The notes under the pieces were generated by a model. It did no database searches. It was not told the origin of the DNA and saw only the letters and a program-made list of their open reading frames with translations. A DNA stretch of 64,000 nt from Planctomycetota bacterium. Its GTDB lineage: Bacteria; Planctomycetota; SZUA-567; JAKLDR01. The stretch covers positions 36,107 to 100,106 of the forward strand of contig JAKLDR010000005.1 of the NCBI GenBank assembly GCA_022703445.1, given 5' to 3'. Position 1 is the first letter of the stretch, and the number at the start of each line of letters is the position of its first letter. This document shows, piece by piece, positions 10,501 to 17,548 of the stretch. Made by a program: the position numbers and the translations under genes.

Positions 10501-10756
10501 GGTAGTCGATGCGGTCCGGCTCATGCTGGTCGAGCCGGAGCAAATCGCCGCCGAGTCCGGCAAGGTCGCGGTGCGACCGCGGGCCAACTTCGAGCTCCAG
10601 CTGGCCGAGGGCGGTGCTCCGCCCGGGAAGCAGTTTGTCGCACCGCCGGACGACGGCGGCAAGGTGCGCCTGCCCCCGAGCCACAAGGTGCGCAACACCG
10701 CCCTGGGCGTCGGCGGCGGCGCGGCCATCATTGTAGGCGTGCTGCTGCTGCTCTGA
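7571..10756 (+). CDS. DUF748/AsmA-like large envelope protein
   Basis: ORF 7487..10756. The internal ATG 7571 is preceded by AGGAG. The N-terminal TM segment followed by SEALSRPVTIERVFINPYALSVGIHGLKVGE matches the DUF748 N-terminal pattern as I recall it. C-terminal hydrophobic tail GGAAIIVGVLLLL. Confidence 0.8.
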   Translation: MIWSTLPERIKLLARGRRVRRAFWALGSVFVLFNITVFLILPPIVRSTAERKASEALSRPVTIERVFINPYALSVGIHGLKVGERGGAGEFLSIRRIYANAQLASIWKGGAVLSAVHVDDPAVRIVRTGPAEFNFSDLLAPKPEPEPKGEPALFAISDIQVRGGNIAVVDETTGTSHRLDQISLSVPSVSNFPYFVETDVQPAFSARLDGSPVAMTGYTRPFADTLETALELELKGFDLTRYMRDVPVPVDFRLASGKLDLRLRFSYVQSRRARPGLGVSGDVAVTELHVNGKEGRPVLRLPELRIEGLAARPLAGQVRFGRIQVRAPELSVTRGRDGRINLLGLMPRAPAGRTAAPESPHPGALPPEEGKKAKTGNPLPLAMAVDRFELSGARVAIVDEAAGSGGTFRTVLAPIDLECSGLSTDEGRSGSYRFAMKTDSAEELTVVGSLSLNPLVARARVALDGVFLPRYAPYYLDAFRADVTDGRFSIGGEASFALEGDFPKADFRGRASLVKLAVADRAGGEAMVGLGELNVEGIAVKLSPPEPLSVGIEEIVLSKPAINAIVDKDGTLNIAAALVAKPAAAGTPEAKSPAKDPPPAPAPAPPPVERAPLPVVKVAKVTVREGSFEFADRSVSPSYKTSLDQIETSTQGFSLDPGRQEAPAEFSFRARLDKQSPLAVSGQICPNPERLLVNVIVDFQGVQLSPLTPYSGKYVGYPVEKGQLRLDLRYAIAGAKLTAQNRVLIDQLTLGDRVESPTATKLPVKFLIGLLKDRHGRIKLDVPVTGNLDDPKFRLMPIVLQTLVNLLERAVTSPFAFLTGSPEASYVEFDFGSAQLSPEATKKLDAIGQLLADRPALRFEVRTQTVAGPDTEALRRQFLNDLVKAQKRAETMGKKGQSVPLSEVQVKPEEYERFLRLAYEASAVPGKPRNFAGVARDVPVAEMEKLMLAGIPVTPDDLRRLAYRRAAKVREYLLASKVVDAVRLMLVEPEQIAAESGKVAVRPRANFELQLAEGGAPPGKQFVAPPDDGGKVRLPPSHKVRNTALGVGGGAAIIVGVLLLL

Positions 10757-10775
10757 GCAATGGCGGGCTGCAGGG

Positions 10776-12710
10776 CTATCGATCTGCCCTGATCCACACC
10801 AGCATCTCCCCGGGCCGGCGGTTGGCCCAGACGGAGTAGGGCACGGCGCGGATGCGGACGGCCCGGCGCTTCGGCGCGGCCGCGCGGTAGAGCCGGTTCT
10901 CCCAGCCTGCAGCGCTTTCGCGCTCGGCGCGGGCGGTGATCGTGGCCACGCCGCCGAGCAGCCTCGGGTCGAAGCGCGCCGTGAGCCGCGCACTCCGCGG
11001 CAGGGAGATGGCGTTCAGGTCGCGGCCGTTGTCGGCCTCCTCGAGGCAATAGACCACCGGCCCGCGCTGGAGCGCGACCCGGCCGGCGTCGTGGCGGACC
11101 GCCGGGTGCGCCGAGACGCGCTCGACGGGCATGGGCAGGTCGAGCCGGACGACGTCGCCGTCGCGCCACTCCCGTCGGATGTGCGCGTAGCCCCGGCGCA
11201 CCAGGCGCGCGAGTTGGAGCGGCCGACCGTTCAGCCAGGCCTTGGCGCCGCGACACCAGCCGGGGATGCGCAGTGCCAGGATGAAGGCGGCCGGCTCGGC
11301 CGAACGGACGGCGATCTGCACTCGGCCGTCCCAGGGATAGTCGGTCGACTGCTCCAGGCGCAGCTCGCGGCCGCCGAGGTCGAGCTTCGTCTCGCCCGCC
11401 GCGTACAGGTGCACGGCGACTTGGCCAGGCCCCTGCGAGCAGACGTACTGCCCTACCGAGGCGAGCAGGCGCGCGATGTTCGGCGGGCAGCAGGCGCAGC
11501 CGAACCACTCCTGCCGCTCGGGGGCGACGTGGCCGCCCTGGTCCGCGTGCCGGTAGGCCTCGGGGTGCACGGCCAGGGGGTTCGCGTAGAAGAACCGCCG
11601 GCCGTCGAGCGAGACGCCGCTGGGGATGCCGTTGTAGAGCGCGCGCTCCATGACATCGCCGTAGCGCCCGTCGAGCTCGAGCCCGAGCATGCGCTGCGCG
11701 AACATGGCCAGCCCTATGGTCGCGCAGGTCTCCGCGTAGGCGAACTCGTTGGGCAGGTCGTGGTCGAAGGTGAAGCGCTCGCCGTGCCGGGCCGAGCCGA
11801 CCCCGCCGGTGATGAACATCCGTCGCTCGGTGGCGCTCTTCCAGAGCCGGCGGCAGGCGGCGGCGAGCTTCGCGTCCTTGGTCTCGGCGGCCAGGTCCGC
11901 CATGGCGCTGTAGAGGTACATGGCCCGGACGGCGTGGCCGACTGCGTCCTTCTGCCCGCGGACCGGCGCATGGGCCTGCCACTCCTCGTAGGGCTGGTCC
12001 CCGGGGGAGTAGGCACTGCGCTTGGCGGTCTTGGCCGGAACGTCGCCGCGCTTGCCGGCCTCCCGATCGAAGTAGTGAGGCCGCCGGCCGCGCTCGTCGA
12101 CGAAGTACTTGGCGAGATCGAGGTAGCGCTTCTCGCCGGTCGCCCGATAGAGTTTCACCAGCGCCAGCTCGATCTCCTCGTGGCCGCAGTAGCCGCGCTT
12201 CTGCCCGCGCCCGCGGCCGAAGACCTTGGCGATGTGGTCGGCGTAGCGGCACATCACCGCGAGGAACTTCCGCCGGCCGGTGGCCTGGAAGTGTGCCACG
12301 GCCGCCTCGATGAGGTGGCCGGCGCAGTAGAGTTCGTGCCAGTCGCGCAGGTTGGTCCAGCGCTTCTCCGGCTCGACGATCGTGAAGTGGACGTTGAGGT
12401 AGCCGTCGGGCTGCTGGGCCCTGGCGACCAGGTCGATGACCTCCTCCAGCCGGGCCTCGAGCCGGCGGTCGGGGTGGTCGGCCAGGCTGTAGGCGGCCGC
12501 CTCCATCCACTTGGCGACGTCCGAGTCCCAGAAGATGTGCGGCTCGTTCGGACGGCCCGGCCTCCAGTCCAGCCGGAAGGCGTCGATCCGCCCGGTCTTC
12601 CTGCACTGCTCGTGCTCGATGGGCAGCGTGGCCCGGCGATTGACCGCCGCGCGGGGCGCCCAGAAGCGGTCCGTGAGCTTCACCTGGTTGTGGGGCACGG
12701 GGCGGAGCAT
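10776..12710 (-). CDS. glycoside hydrolase family 127 (DUF1680, beta-L-arabinofuranosidase-like), no signal peptide
   Basis: 644-aa ORF. N-terminal NQVKLTDRFW...RIDAFRLDW, a WHELYCAGHLIEAA segment, and the Cys-rich motif FGCACCPPNIARLL typical of GH127. SD AGGAGG upstream of the ATG at 12710. Confidence 0.85.
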   Translation of the reverse strand: MLRPVPHNQVKLTDRFWAPRAAVNRRATLPIEHEQCRKTGRIDAFRLDWRPGRPNEPHIFWDSDVAKWMEAAAYSLADHPDRRLEARLEEVIDLVARAQQPDGYLNVHFTIVEPEKRWTNLRDWHELYCAGHLIEAAVAHFQATGRRKFLAVMCRYADHIAKVFGRGRGQKRGYCGHEEIELALVKLYRATGEKRYLDLAKYFVDERGRRPHYFDREAGKRGDVPAKTAKRSAYSPGDQPYEEWQAHAPVRGQKDAVGHAVRAMYLYSAMADLAAETKDAKLAAACRRLWKSATERRMFITGGVGSARHGERFTFDHDLPNEFAYAETCATIGLAMFAQRMLGLELDGRYGDVMERALYNGIPSGVSLDGRRFFYANPLAVHPEAYRHADQGGHVAPERQEWFGCACCPPNIARLLASVGQYVCSQGPGQVAVHLYAAGETKLDLGGRELRLEQSTDYPWDGRVQIAVRSAEPAAFILALRIPGWCRGAKAWLNGRPLQLARLVRRGYAHIRREWRDGDVVRLDLPMPVERVSAHPAVRHDAGRVALQRGPVVYCLEEADNGRDLNAISLPRSARLTARFDPRLLGGVATITARAERESAAGWENRLYRAAAPKRRAVRIRAVPYSVWANRRPGEMLVWIRADR

Positions 12711-12837
12711 GGGCTTGTCCTCCTTCTGGCGACAGTTCCGACCTTCTGCAGGTATCTTGACGCGGCACCGCCTCTATGGCAAGATGAAGCTTCCGCAGAA
12801 TAGCGGGACGATTCCGACCTGCGCTCCGGGAGGGCCC

Positions 12838-13686
12838 ATGGACGACCGAAACACTCTGAACCTAGACCCGGAGCTGCCCGTCCGGGCGCTCAACGCCGGG
12901 CTCTTCGTCTCGCGCGGCCAGGGTGTCCACGCGACCCGGACCATCGAATCGCACGAGTTGATCTTCGTGCGCTCCGGCGTCCTGGGGATGTTCGAGGAGG
13001 ACCGGCGCTTCGAGGTCCGCGCCGGGGAGGCGCTCCACCTCTGGCCCGGCCGGCGCCACGGCGGAACCGCCCCCTACCCGGCGGACCTCTCCTTCTACTG
13101 GCTACACTTCCGGACGGCGCAACGAGGGAGGCAGATCGGGCGCAGCGCAACCGCGTTGGTCCTGCCCCAGCACGCCCGGGTGGGCCGGCCCGACCGGCTC
13201 ACCGAGCTGCTCCGGCGCTTCCTCGACGACCAGGAGTCCGGCCGGCTGACGCCGCTCTCCGGAGCGCTGCTCGTGACCCTGATGCTGGAGGAGGCCTCGG
13301 GCGCAGGATCGCCGGCCGCCGCGGCGTCGGCCGCGGCCTCCGGCGCCGAGGCGCTGGCGGCCAGGGCCGACGAGTTCATCCTCACCCACTTCCACGAGCC
13401 GGTCTCGGCGTGGGACGTGGCTGGGAACCTGGACTGCAACCCCGACTACCTCGGGCGGGTCTACCGGCGGATGCGCCGGATGACACTCACCGAGGCCATC
13501 AACCGCGCGAGGCTGCGCCACGCCCGGAAGCTGCTCCTGGACAGCAGCAGGAACATCGACGAGGTGGCCCGCTCGGCGGGCTTCAGCGAGGCCGGCTACT
13601 TCCGCCGCGTCTTTCAGAGAGCCGAGGGCCTGACGCCCTCGGCCTTCCGGCGGTCGTACGCCAGGATGCACATGAATACGGAATAG
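12838..13686 (+). CDS. AraC family transcriptional regulator (cupin-like sensor + AraC HTH), divergent from GH127
   Basis: Internal ATG 12838 of ORF 12511..13686. C-terminal LTEAINRARLRHARKLLLDSSRNIDEVARSAGFSEAGYFRRVFQRAEGLTPSAFRR is a classic AraC HTH pair. Confidence 0.85.
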   Translation: MDDRNTLNLDPELPVRALNAGLFVSRGQGVHATRTIESHELIFVRSGVLGMFEEDRRFEVRAGEALHLWPGRRHGGTAPYPADLSFYWLHFRTAQRGRQIGRSATALVLPQHARVGRPDRLTELLRRFLDDQESGRLTPLSGALLVTLMLEEASGAGSPAAAASAAASGAEALAARADEFILTHFHEPVSAWDVAGNLDCNPDYLGRVYRRMRRMTLTEAINRARLRHARKLLLDSSRNIDEVARSAGFSEAGYFRRVFQRAEGLTPSAFRRSYARMHMNTE

Positions 13687-13756
13687 GTTGAGGGTTGGGG
13701 GTTGGGGGTGGAGGGCTGATAGAACTCATCCTGCTCTCAACCCCCAACCCTCAACC
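13686..13756. terminator. bidirectional stem-loop between convergent AraC and DUF4091 genes
   Basis: Perfect 19-bp stem: GGTTGAGGGTTGGGGGTTG (13686-13704) pairs with CAACCCCCAACCCTCAACC (13738-13756). It lies between the stop at 13684-13686 (+) and the stop at 13761-13763 (-). There is no clear U-tract. Confidence 0.55.
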
Positions 13757-13760
13757 GCCG

Positions 13761-16496
13761 TTACTTCCTCCCGGCCACCTCCGCGCAAAGCGCGAAGAGC
13801 CGGTCATCGCGCTCCTGCCAGCCGGAGCACTCCATGGCCAGCCAGCGGTTGCCGGCCCGCGAGCTCTCCTGGCCGCGCAGGAAGTACCGGGCGCGCTCGT
13901 CGAGCAATTCCACGATCTTCCTGTTGAGCTCGGGCGCCACGCGCTTCTCCTCCTGGGCGCGCTCCAGGAAGATGATGGCCTCGGCCACCTGCACGCCCTC
14001 CCGGAACATCTCCATGCGCTGGTTGAAGACCGCCCCGTCCGGACCGGCGCTGAAGAGCGCCGTGGTGCTCTCGCCCGGGCCGACCGCCTTGAAAGTGTCG
14101 AATAGCACCACGGGCTTGCCGCCCTTGTCGCTGGGGATCATCCAGGAGTCGCCGCCCACCCGCCCGAGGCCGTTGAGGTTGCCCTGCAGCGTGGCCTCGC
14201 TGATGAAGCGGTGCATGGCCAGCGTCGAGGTCTCCCGCAGGGAGTCGCCGATGATCACGGACAGGCCCATCCGCGGATTGCCGAACTCGCGCCGCTTGTT
14301 GCCGTTGGTCCAGAAGCGCGGATAGACCGGCCAGGGCCGGCCGCCGCCGTCCGGGTCGTAGGCGAAGCCGCAGCCCCAGACCCACTCGCTGTAGGGCACC
14401 GGCATGCTGACGCCCTTGGCCGTGCCGGCGAAGGCGCTGATGTTGGGGTGGCTGGTCTGCATCCACTTGCCGTCGGGCCAGATGTTCCTGCAGACGTCGA
14501 CGACCGTCGGGTGCGGGCCGACCGCGTAGTTGATGTGGCAAACCGCGGTCACATCCCACCATCCCCGCTTCTCGAGGCGTTTCCGGAGTTCGGCCAGGAC
14601 CGGCTTCCAGAAGGCCTCGTTCTCGGGCGTGCCGTAAGGCGGCTGGGCCATGGGTTCGACCTTGCCGGTGGCCGGGTCAAGGACGCTGACCGGCGCGCCC
14701 TTGGCGATGCCGACGTCCTTGGCGTTGCCCGCGCAGTTCGGCCAGGGATCGAGGCAGAGGATCGCCGGCTTGCCGCAGTTCTTCTCGTAGAGGTCCATGT
14801 ACTTCTCGGCGATGCTGAAGTCGTAGTCATAGGCCGCTTGCCCTGAGCCCGTCGAAGGGTCCGGCTTCCGGACCCAGCGGACCATCGATTCCGAGTTGTT
14901 GAAGCTCGGGCTGTTGGCCACCAGGTGGACCATGCAGAGCTTGTTGCCGACCTCGCCGAAGGCCTTGAGCGACCTGCCCATCAGCTCGAAGTGCTTCTCG
15001 CTCCAGAGCGGGACCTTGTAGTGCCGCGCCACCGAGTCCACCGACTGGAAGATGTTGTGGTGCGTCGTGAAGTCCCGCGCGTCCGGAATCCGCCAGTCGT
15101 TCACCTTGAGCCTGACGGGCACGGAGAACTTCGCCGGGCCGGCGGTGCCCGCGGCTTCGATGGAGAGCGTCGCCTGATACTCGCCGGCTGCGGAGTCGGC
15201 CGGTACCCGGACCGTCACCCACACCGGCACGACTGCGAGTAGGCGGCGGTCGCCCAGCAGCTTGGCCTGGGGGATGTCGGCCGGGAAGTTGCCCTGCAGG
15301 CGGTCGAAGTTCACCCGGCCCAGCGGGTCCCAGTGCGACAGGTTCACGTTCTCGGCCGAGACTCGCTCGGCCCAGCGCACCTGGACGGCGGAGGCCGGGA
15401 TCTGGCCCTTGCCCCCGGTCAGCGCCAACTCCGAGAGGCTGGCCTTCAAGCCTTTTATCGTATCGGCCGAGCTCAGGACGACCTTTCCGGAGAAGGTCCC
15501 GTTGCGCGCGCCGACCATCCGGATGGGCAGGACCTGGCCGCTCTCGCTGGGGTTGACGATGTCGGCGGCCGAGAGCGTCTCGCAGGGCGAGACCGTGGCG
15601 ATCTCGACGGCCGGCGTCGGAGAGTAGTTGGGCGTCAGCCCGTCGCCGCTCGAGGCCGTGAGCCGGGCGGCGGCCGCGAGCGCGTGCGGCCAGACCGCCG
15701 ACTGGCCCGGCCAGGACTTGTCCCCGACCGTCTTCTCGACGGCCAGCTCGTGCACCGGCGCGGCGCGGATCTCCACGGCCAGGACATTGAGCCCCTTGCG
15801 GAGCATCGCGCCCGGGATGACCACGCCGTCGGGCGCGCCCTTGGCCGGGAGCCCCCGGCCACGGACCCTGGCCAGCTCGGCCACGGCCCACTGGTTCTCG
15901 GCGCCCGGCCGGATCTTCCCGTCAGCGGTGATGTAGGCCTCGTCGGCGTAGCGCTCGGCGAGCGTCTCGGGCTCGAGCTTGCCGGCCGGGAGGTGTCCGC
16001 GGGCCAGTTCGGCGCCGTTCACGTAGACGACCGCGCCGCCGAAGTAGGTCAGTGACACCTTGAGGTCCTTGACCGCGGCCGGGTCGGCCACCCGGAACTT
16101 CCCGCGCAGGCAGACCAGGCTGCCCTCCAACGGGTTGGCGGGCCCGTAGGCCGAGGCGCTCGGCCAGCGGTTGAGCGCCGCGGGGTCGGAGATCCGCGGC
16201 CAGCAGGAGTCGTCGAAGTCGACGGCCGCCCAGTCCGCCGGCGGCGGCGCCGAGCCGCGCACCGGCACCGGCTTGCGGTCCTCCTCCTTGAGGTCCTTGC
16301 GCCGGGGCTCGAGCAGGGGCTTGAGCTTGCCGTCCGCTGAGATCAGCGTCGGCGTCCTCCAGCCCTCGAAGACCCGGAAGGAGCCGCGGTTCAGGTCCAG
16401 GACCACGGTCTCGGTCGGGGTCTTGGCCGGCTCGGCGGCGGACCCCGCGCCGGCGAACGCCAGCGCCGACACCAGTGTCAGCATCAGGTGTCTCAT
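13761..16496 (-). CDS. secreted DUF4091/GH123-like glycoside-hydrolase-domain protein, paralog 1 of 4
   Basis: ORF 13761..16700. Start set at MRHLMLTLVSALAFAGAGSA (signal peptide), where the ATG overlaps the upstream stop as ATGA. It has a GH2-sugar-binding-like segment GSLVCLRGKFRV...GGAVVYVNGAELARGHLP, then WVTVRVPADSAAGEYQATLSIEA...KVNDWRIP. The family assignment is from memory and uncertain. Confidence 0.8.
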   Translation of the reverse strand: MRHLMLTLVSALAFAGAGSAAEPAKTPTETVVLDLNRGSFRVFEGWRTPTLISADGKLKPLLEPRRKDLKEEDRKPVPVRGSAPPPADWAAVDFDDSCWPRISDPAALNRWPSASAYGPANPLEGSLVCLRGKFRVADPAAVKDLKVSLTYFGGAVVYVNGAELARGHLPAGKLEPETLAERYADEAYITADGKIRPGAENQWAVAELARVRGRGLPAKGAPDGVVIPGAMLRKGLNVLAVEIRAAPVHELAVEKTVGDKSWPGQSAVWPHALAAAARLTASSGDGLTPNYSPTPAVEIATVSPCETLSAADIVNPSESGQVLPIRMVGARNGTFSGKVVLSSADTIKGLKASLSELALTGGKGQIPASAVQVRWAERVSAENVNLSHWDPLGRVNFDRLQGNFPADIPQAKLLGDRRLLAVVPVWVTVRVPADSAAGEYQATLSIEAAGTAGPAKFSVPVRLKVNDWRIPDARDFTTHHNIFQSVDSVARHYKVPLWSEKHFELMGRSLKAFGEVGNKLCMVHLVANSPSFNNSESMVRWVRKPDPSTGSGQAAYDYDFSIAEKYMDLYEKNCGKPAILCLDPWPNCAGNAKDVGIAKGAPVSVLDPATGKVEPMAQPPYGTPENEAFWKPVLAELRKRLEKRGWWDVTAVCHINYAVGPHPTVVDVCRNIWPDGKWMQTSHPNISAFAGTAKGVSMPVPYSEWVWGCGFAYDPDGGGRPWPVYPRFWTNGNKRREFGNPRMGLSVIIGDSLRETSTLAMHRFISEATLQGNLNGLGRVGGDSWMIPSDKGGKPVVLFDTFKAVGPGESTTALFSAGPDGAVFNQRMEMFREGVQVAEAIIFLERAQEEKRVAPELNRKIVELLDERARYFLRGQESSRAGNRWLAMECSGWQERDDRLFALCAEVAGRK

Positions 16497-17422
16497 GCGT
16501 ATCTCCTCAGCAGCCGCCGGACGATCCCGTGGACCGCCTCCGGGTCCTCGTTGTTGTGGGCGTAGTAGTAGACCGCCAGGTGGTCGGGCCGGTAGTTCTG
16601 CAGGTAGGCTTCGAAGTTGGCCTCGAACTCCGGGACGGCCTCCTTGGGCATGAGCATGTTCTCGACCAGCGCGAAGGTCTTCTTCCCGGCGGCGGCGCAC
16701 TCATTGACGGTGCGCTCCCACATGGACTCGATGCGGTGCTTGACCCACTTGGGCTCCTCGTGGAAGAAGCTCTGGCGGGCCAGGTTCCCGTCGTAGCCGA
16801 AGTACTCCACGCCGGGGGCCGCGGCCGCACGCTGCGTGAAGTACTCCCGGTCGCGCATCGCGAAGAAGGTGATGCTCAGCCCCGGCTTGACCGCCAGGCA
16901 GTGCCGGTTCAGGTCGCCGATGAACTCGATGGCGGAGTCCATCATGTTCTCCCGGGTGGGGTCGGGCCCGAAACGCGCCACGGTCGCCGGGTGGCGGTGG
17001 ACCATGGCGACCTCCTTCATCTCGTCCCAGATGATGCCGTCGAGTTCGTAGTCGGTCAGCAGCGTGGTCATGAAACCCTTGATCCAGTCGACGAAGGCCG
17101 GCGCCTCCAGCGCCGCCACCGGCAGCCAGGGGTCGGCCGGCGCCACGCACTCGGGGTGTTCGTAGAGCCAGATGCTGGGCATGAGCGGCGCCCCGGCGAA
17201 GCGCCCGCCCAGGCGGCTGGGCACCACCAGGACCTTGAGCCCGCGCTTCCTGGCCAGGTTGACCTGGATCTCGAAGGCCCGGCGCGAGTAGACCATCTCG
17301 CTCTCGCTGAAGGACAAAGCCACGGCGTCGAAGCCGCAGTCGACCATATCGGCGAAGTTCTCGTCGAGGTGATGCGGGATCACCGTGAAGTGGCCGTGGC
17401 TCAGGGTGTAGGCGGTCAGCAT
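16493..17422 (-). CDS. hypothetical cytoplasmic protein, possibly a (beta/alpha)8-barrel glycosidase-like fold
   Basis: 309-aa ORF with no signal peptide. Alternating hydrophobic-strand/helix pattern and a DGIIWDE motif. The fold call is an inference only. There is a 4-bp ATGA overlap with the downstream gene. Confidence 0.7.
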   Translation of the reverse strand: MLTAYTLSHGHFTVIPHHLDENFADMVDCGFDAVALSFSESEMVYSRRAFEIQVNLARKRGLKVLVVPSRLGGRFAGAPLMPSIWLYEHPECVAPADPWLPVAALEAPAFVDWIKGFMTTLLTDYELDGIIWDEMKEVAMVHRHPATVARFGPDPTRENMMDSAIEFIGDLNRHCLAVKPGLSITFFAMRDREYFTQRAAAAPGVEYFGYDGNLARQSFFHEEPKWVKHRIESMWERTVNECAAAGKKTFALVENMLMPKEAVPEFEANFEAYLQNYRPDHLAVYYYAHNNEDPEAVHGIVRRLLRRYA

Positions 17423-17438
17423 GCTGGGGCTCCTCGTG

Positions 17439-17542
17439 GTCAGGTGTCAGGTTTCAGGTGTCAGGTGTCAGCACGGAGTCTCTGACACCCCTTCGACGCT
17501 GCTCAGGGCCTTGAGCTTGTCGAAAGGCTGAACACTGGAACC
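17439..17542. repeat. nested-palindrome intergenic repeat, copy 1 (GGTGTCAG/GGTTTCAG words flanking a CCTTCGAC..GCTCAGGG palindrome)
   Basis: Inner palindrome at 17488-17527 (CCCTTCGACGCTGCTCAGGG / CCTTGAGCTTGTCGAAAGG). A second stem GGTGTCAG..CTGACACC and outer arms built from tandem TCAGGTG/TCAGGTT words. Its reverse complement recurs at 28461-28582. Confidence 0.85.
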
Positions 17543-17548
17543 TCTCCG

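Noticed and set aside
12754-12785. Inverted hexamers ATCTTG-N20-CAAGAT in the GH127/AraC divergent region as an AraC operator or promoter
   Set aside because: Only 6-bp arms. AraC-type sites are usually direct repeats. The -35/-10-like hexamers nearby are poor, so I could not support a specific call.
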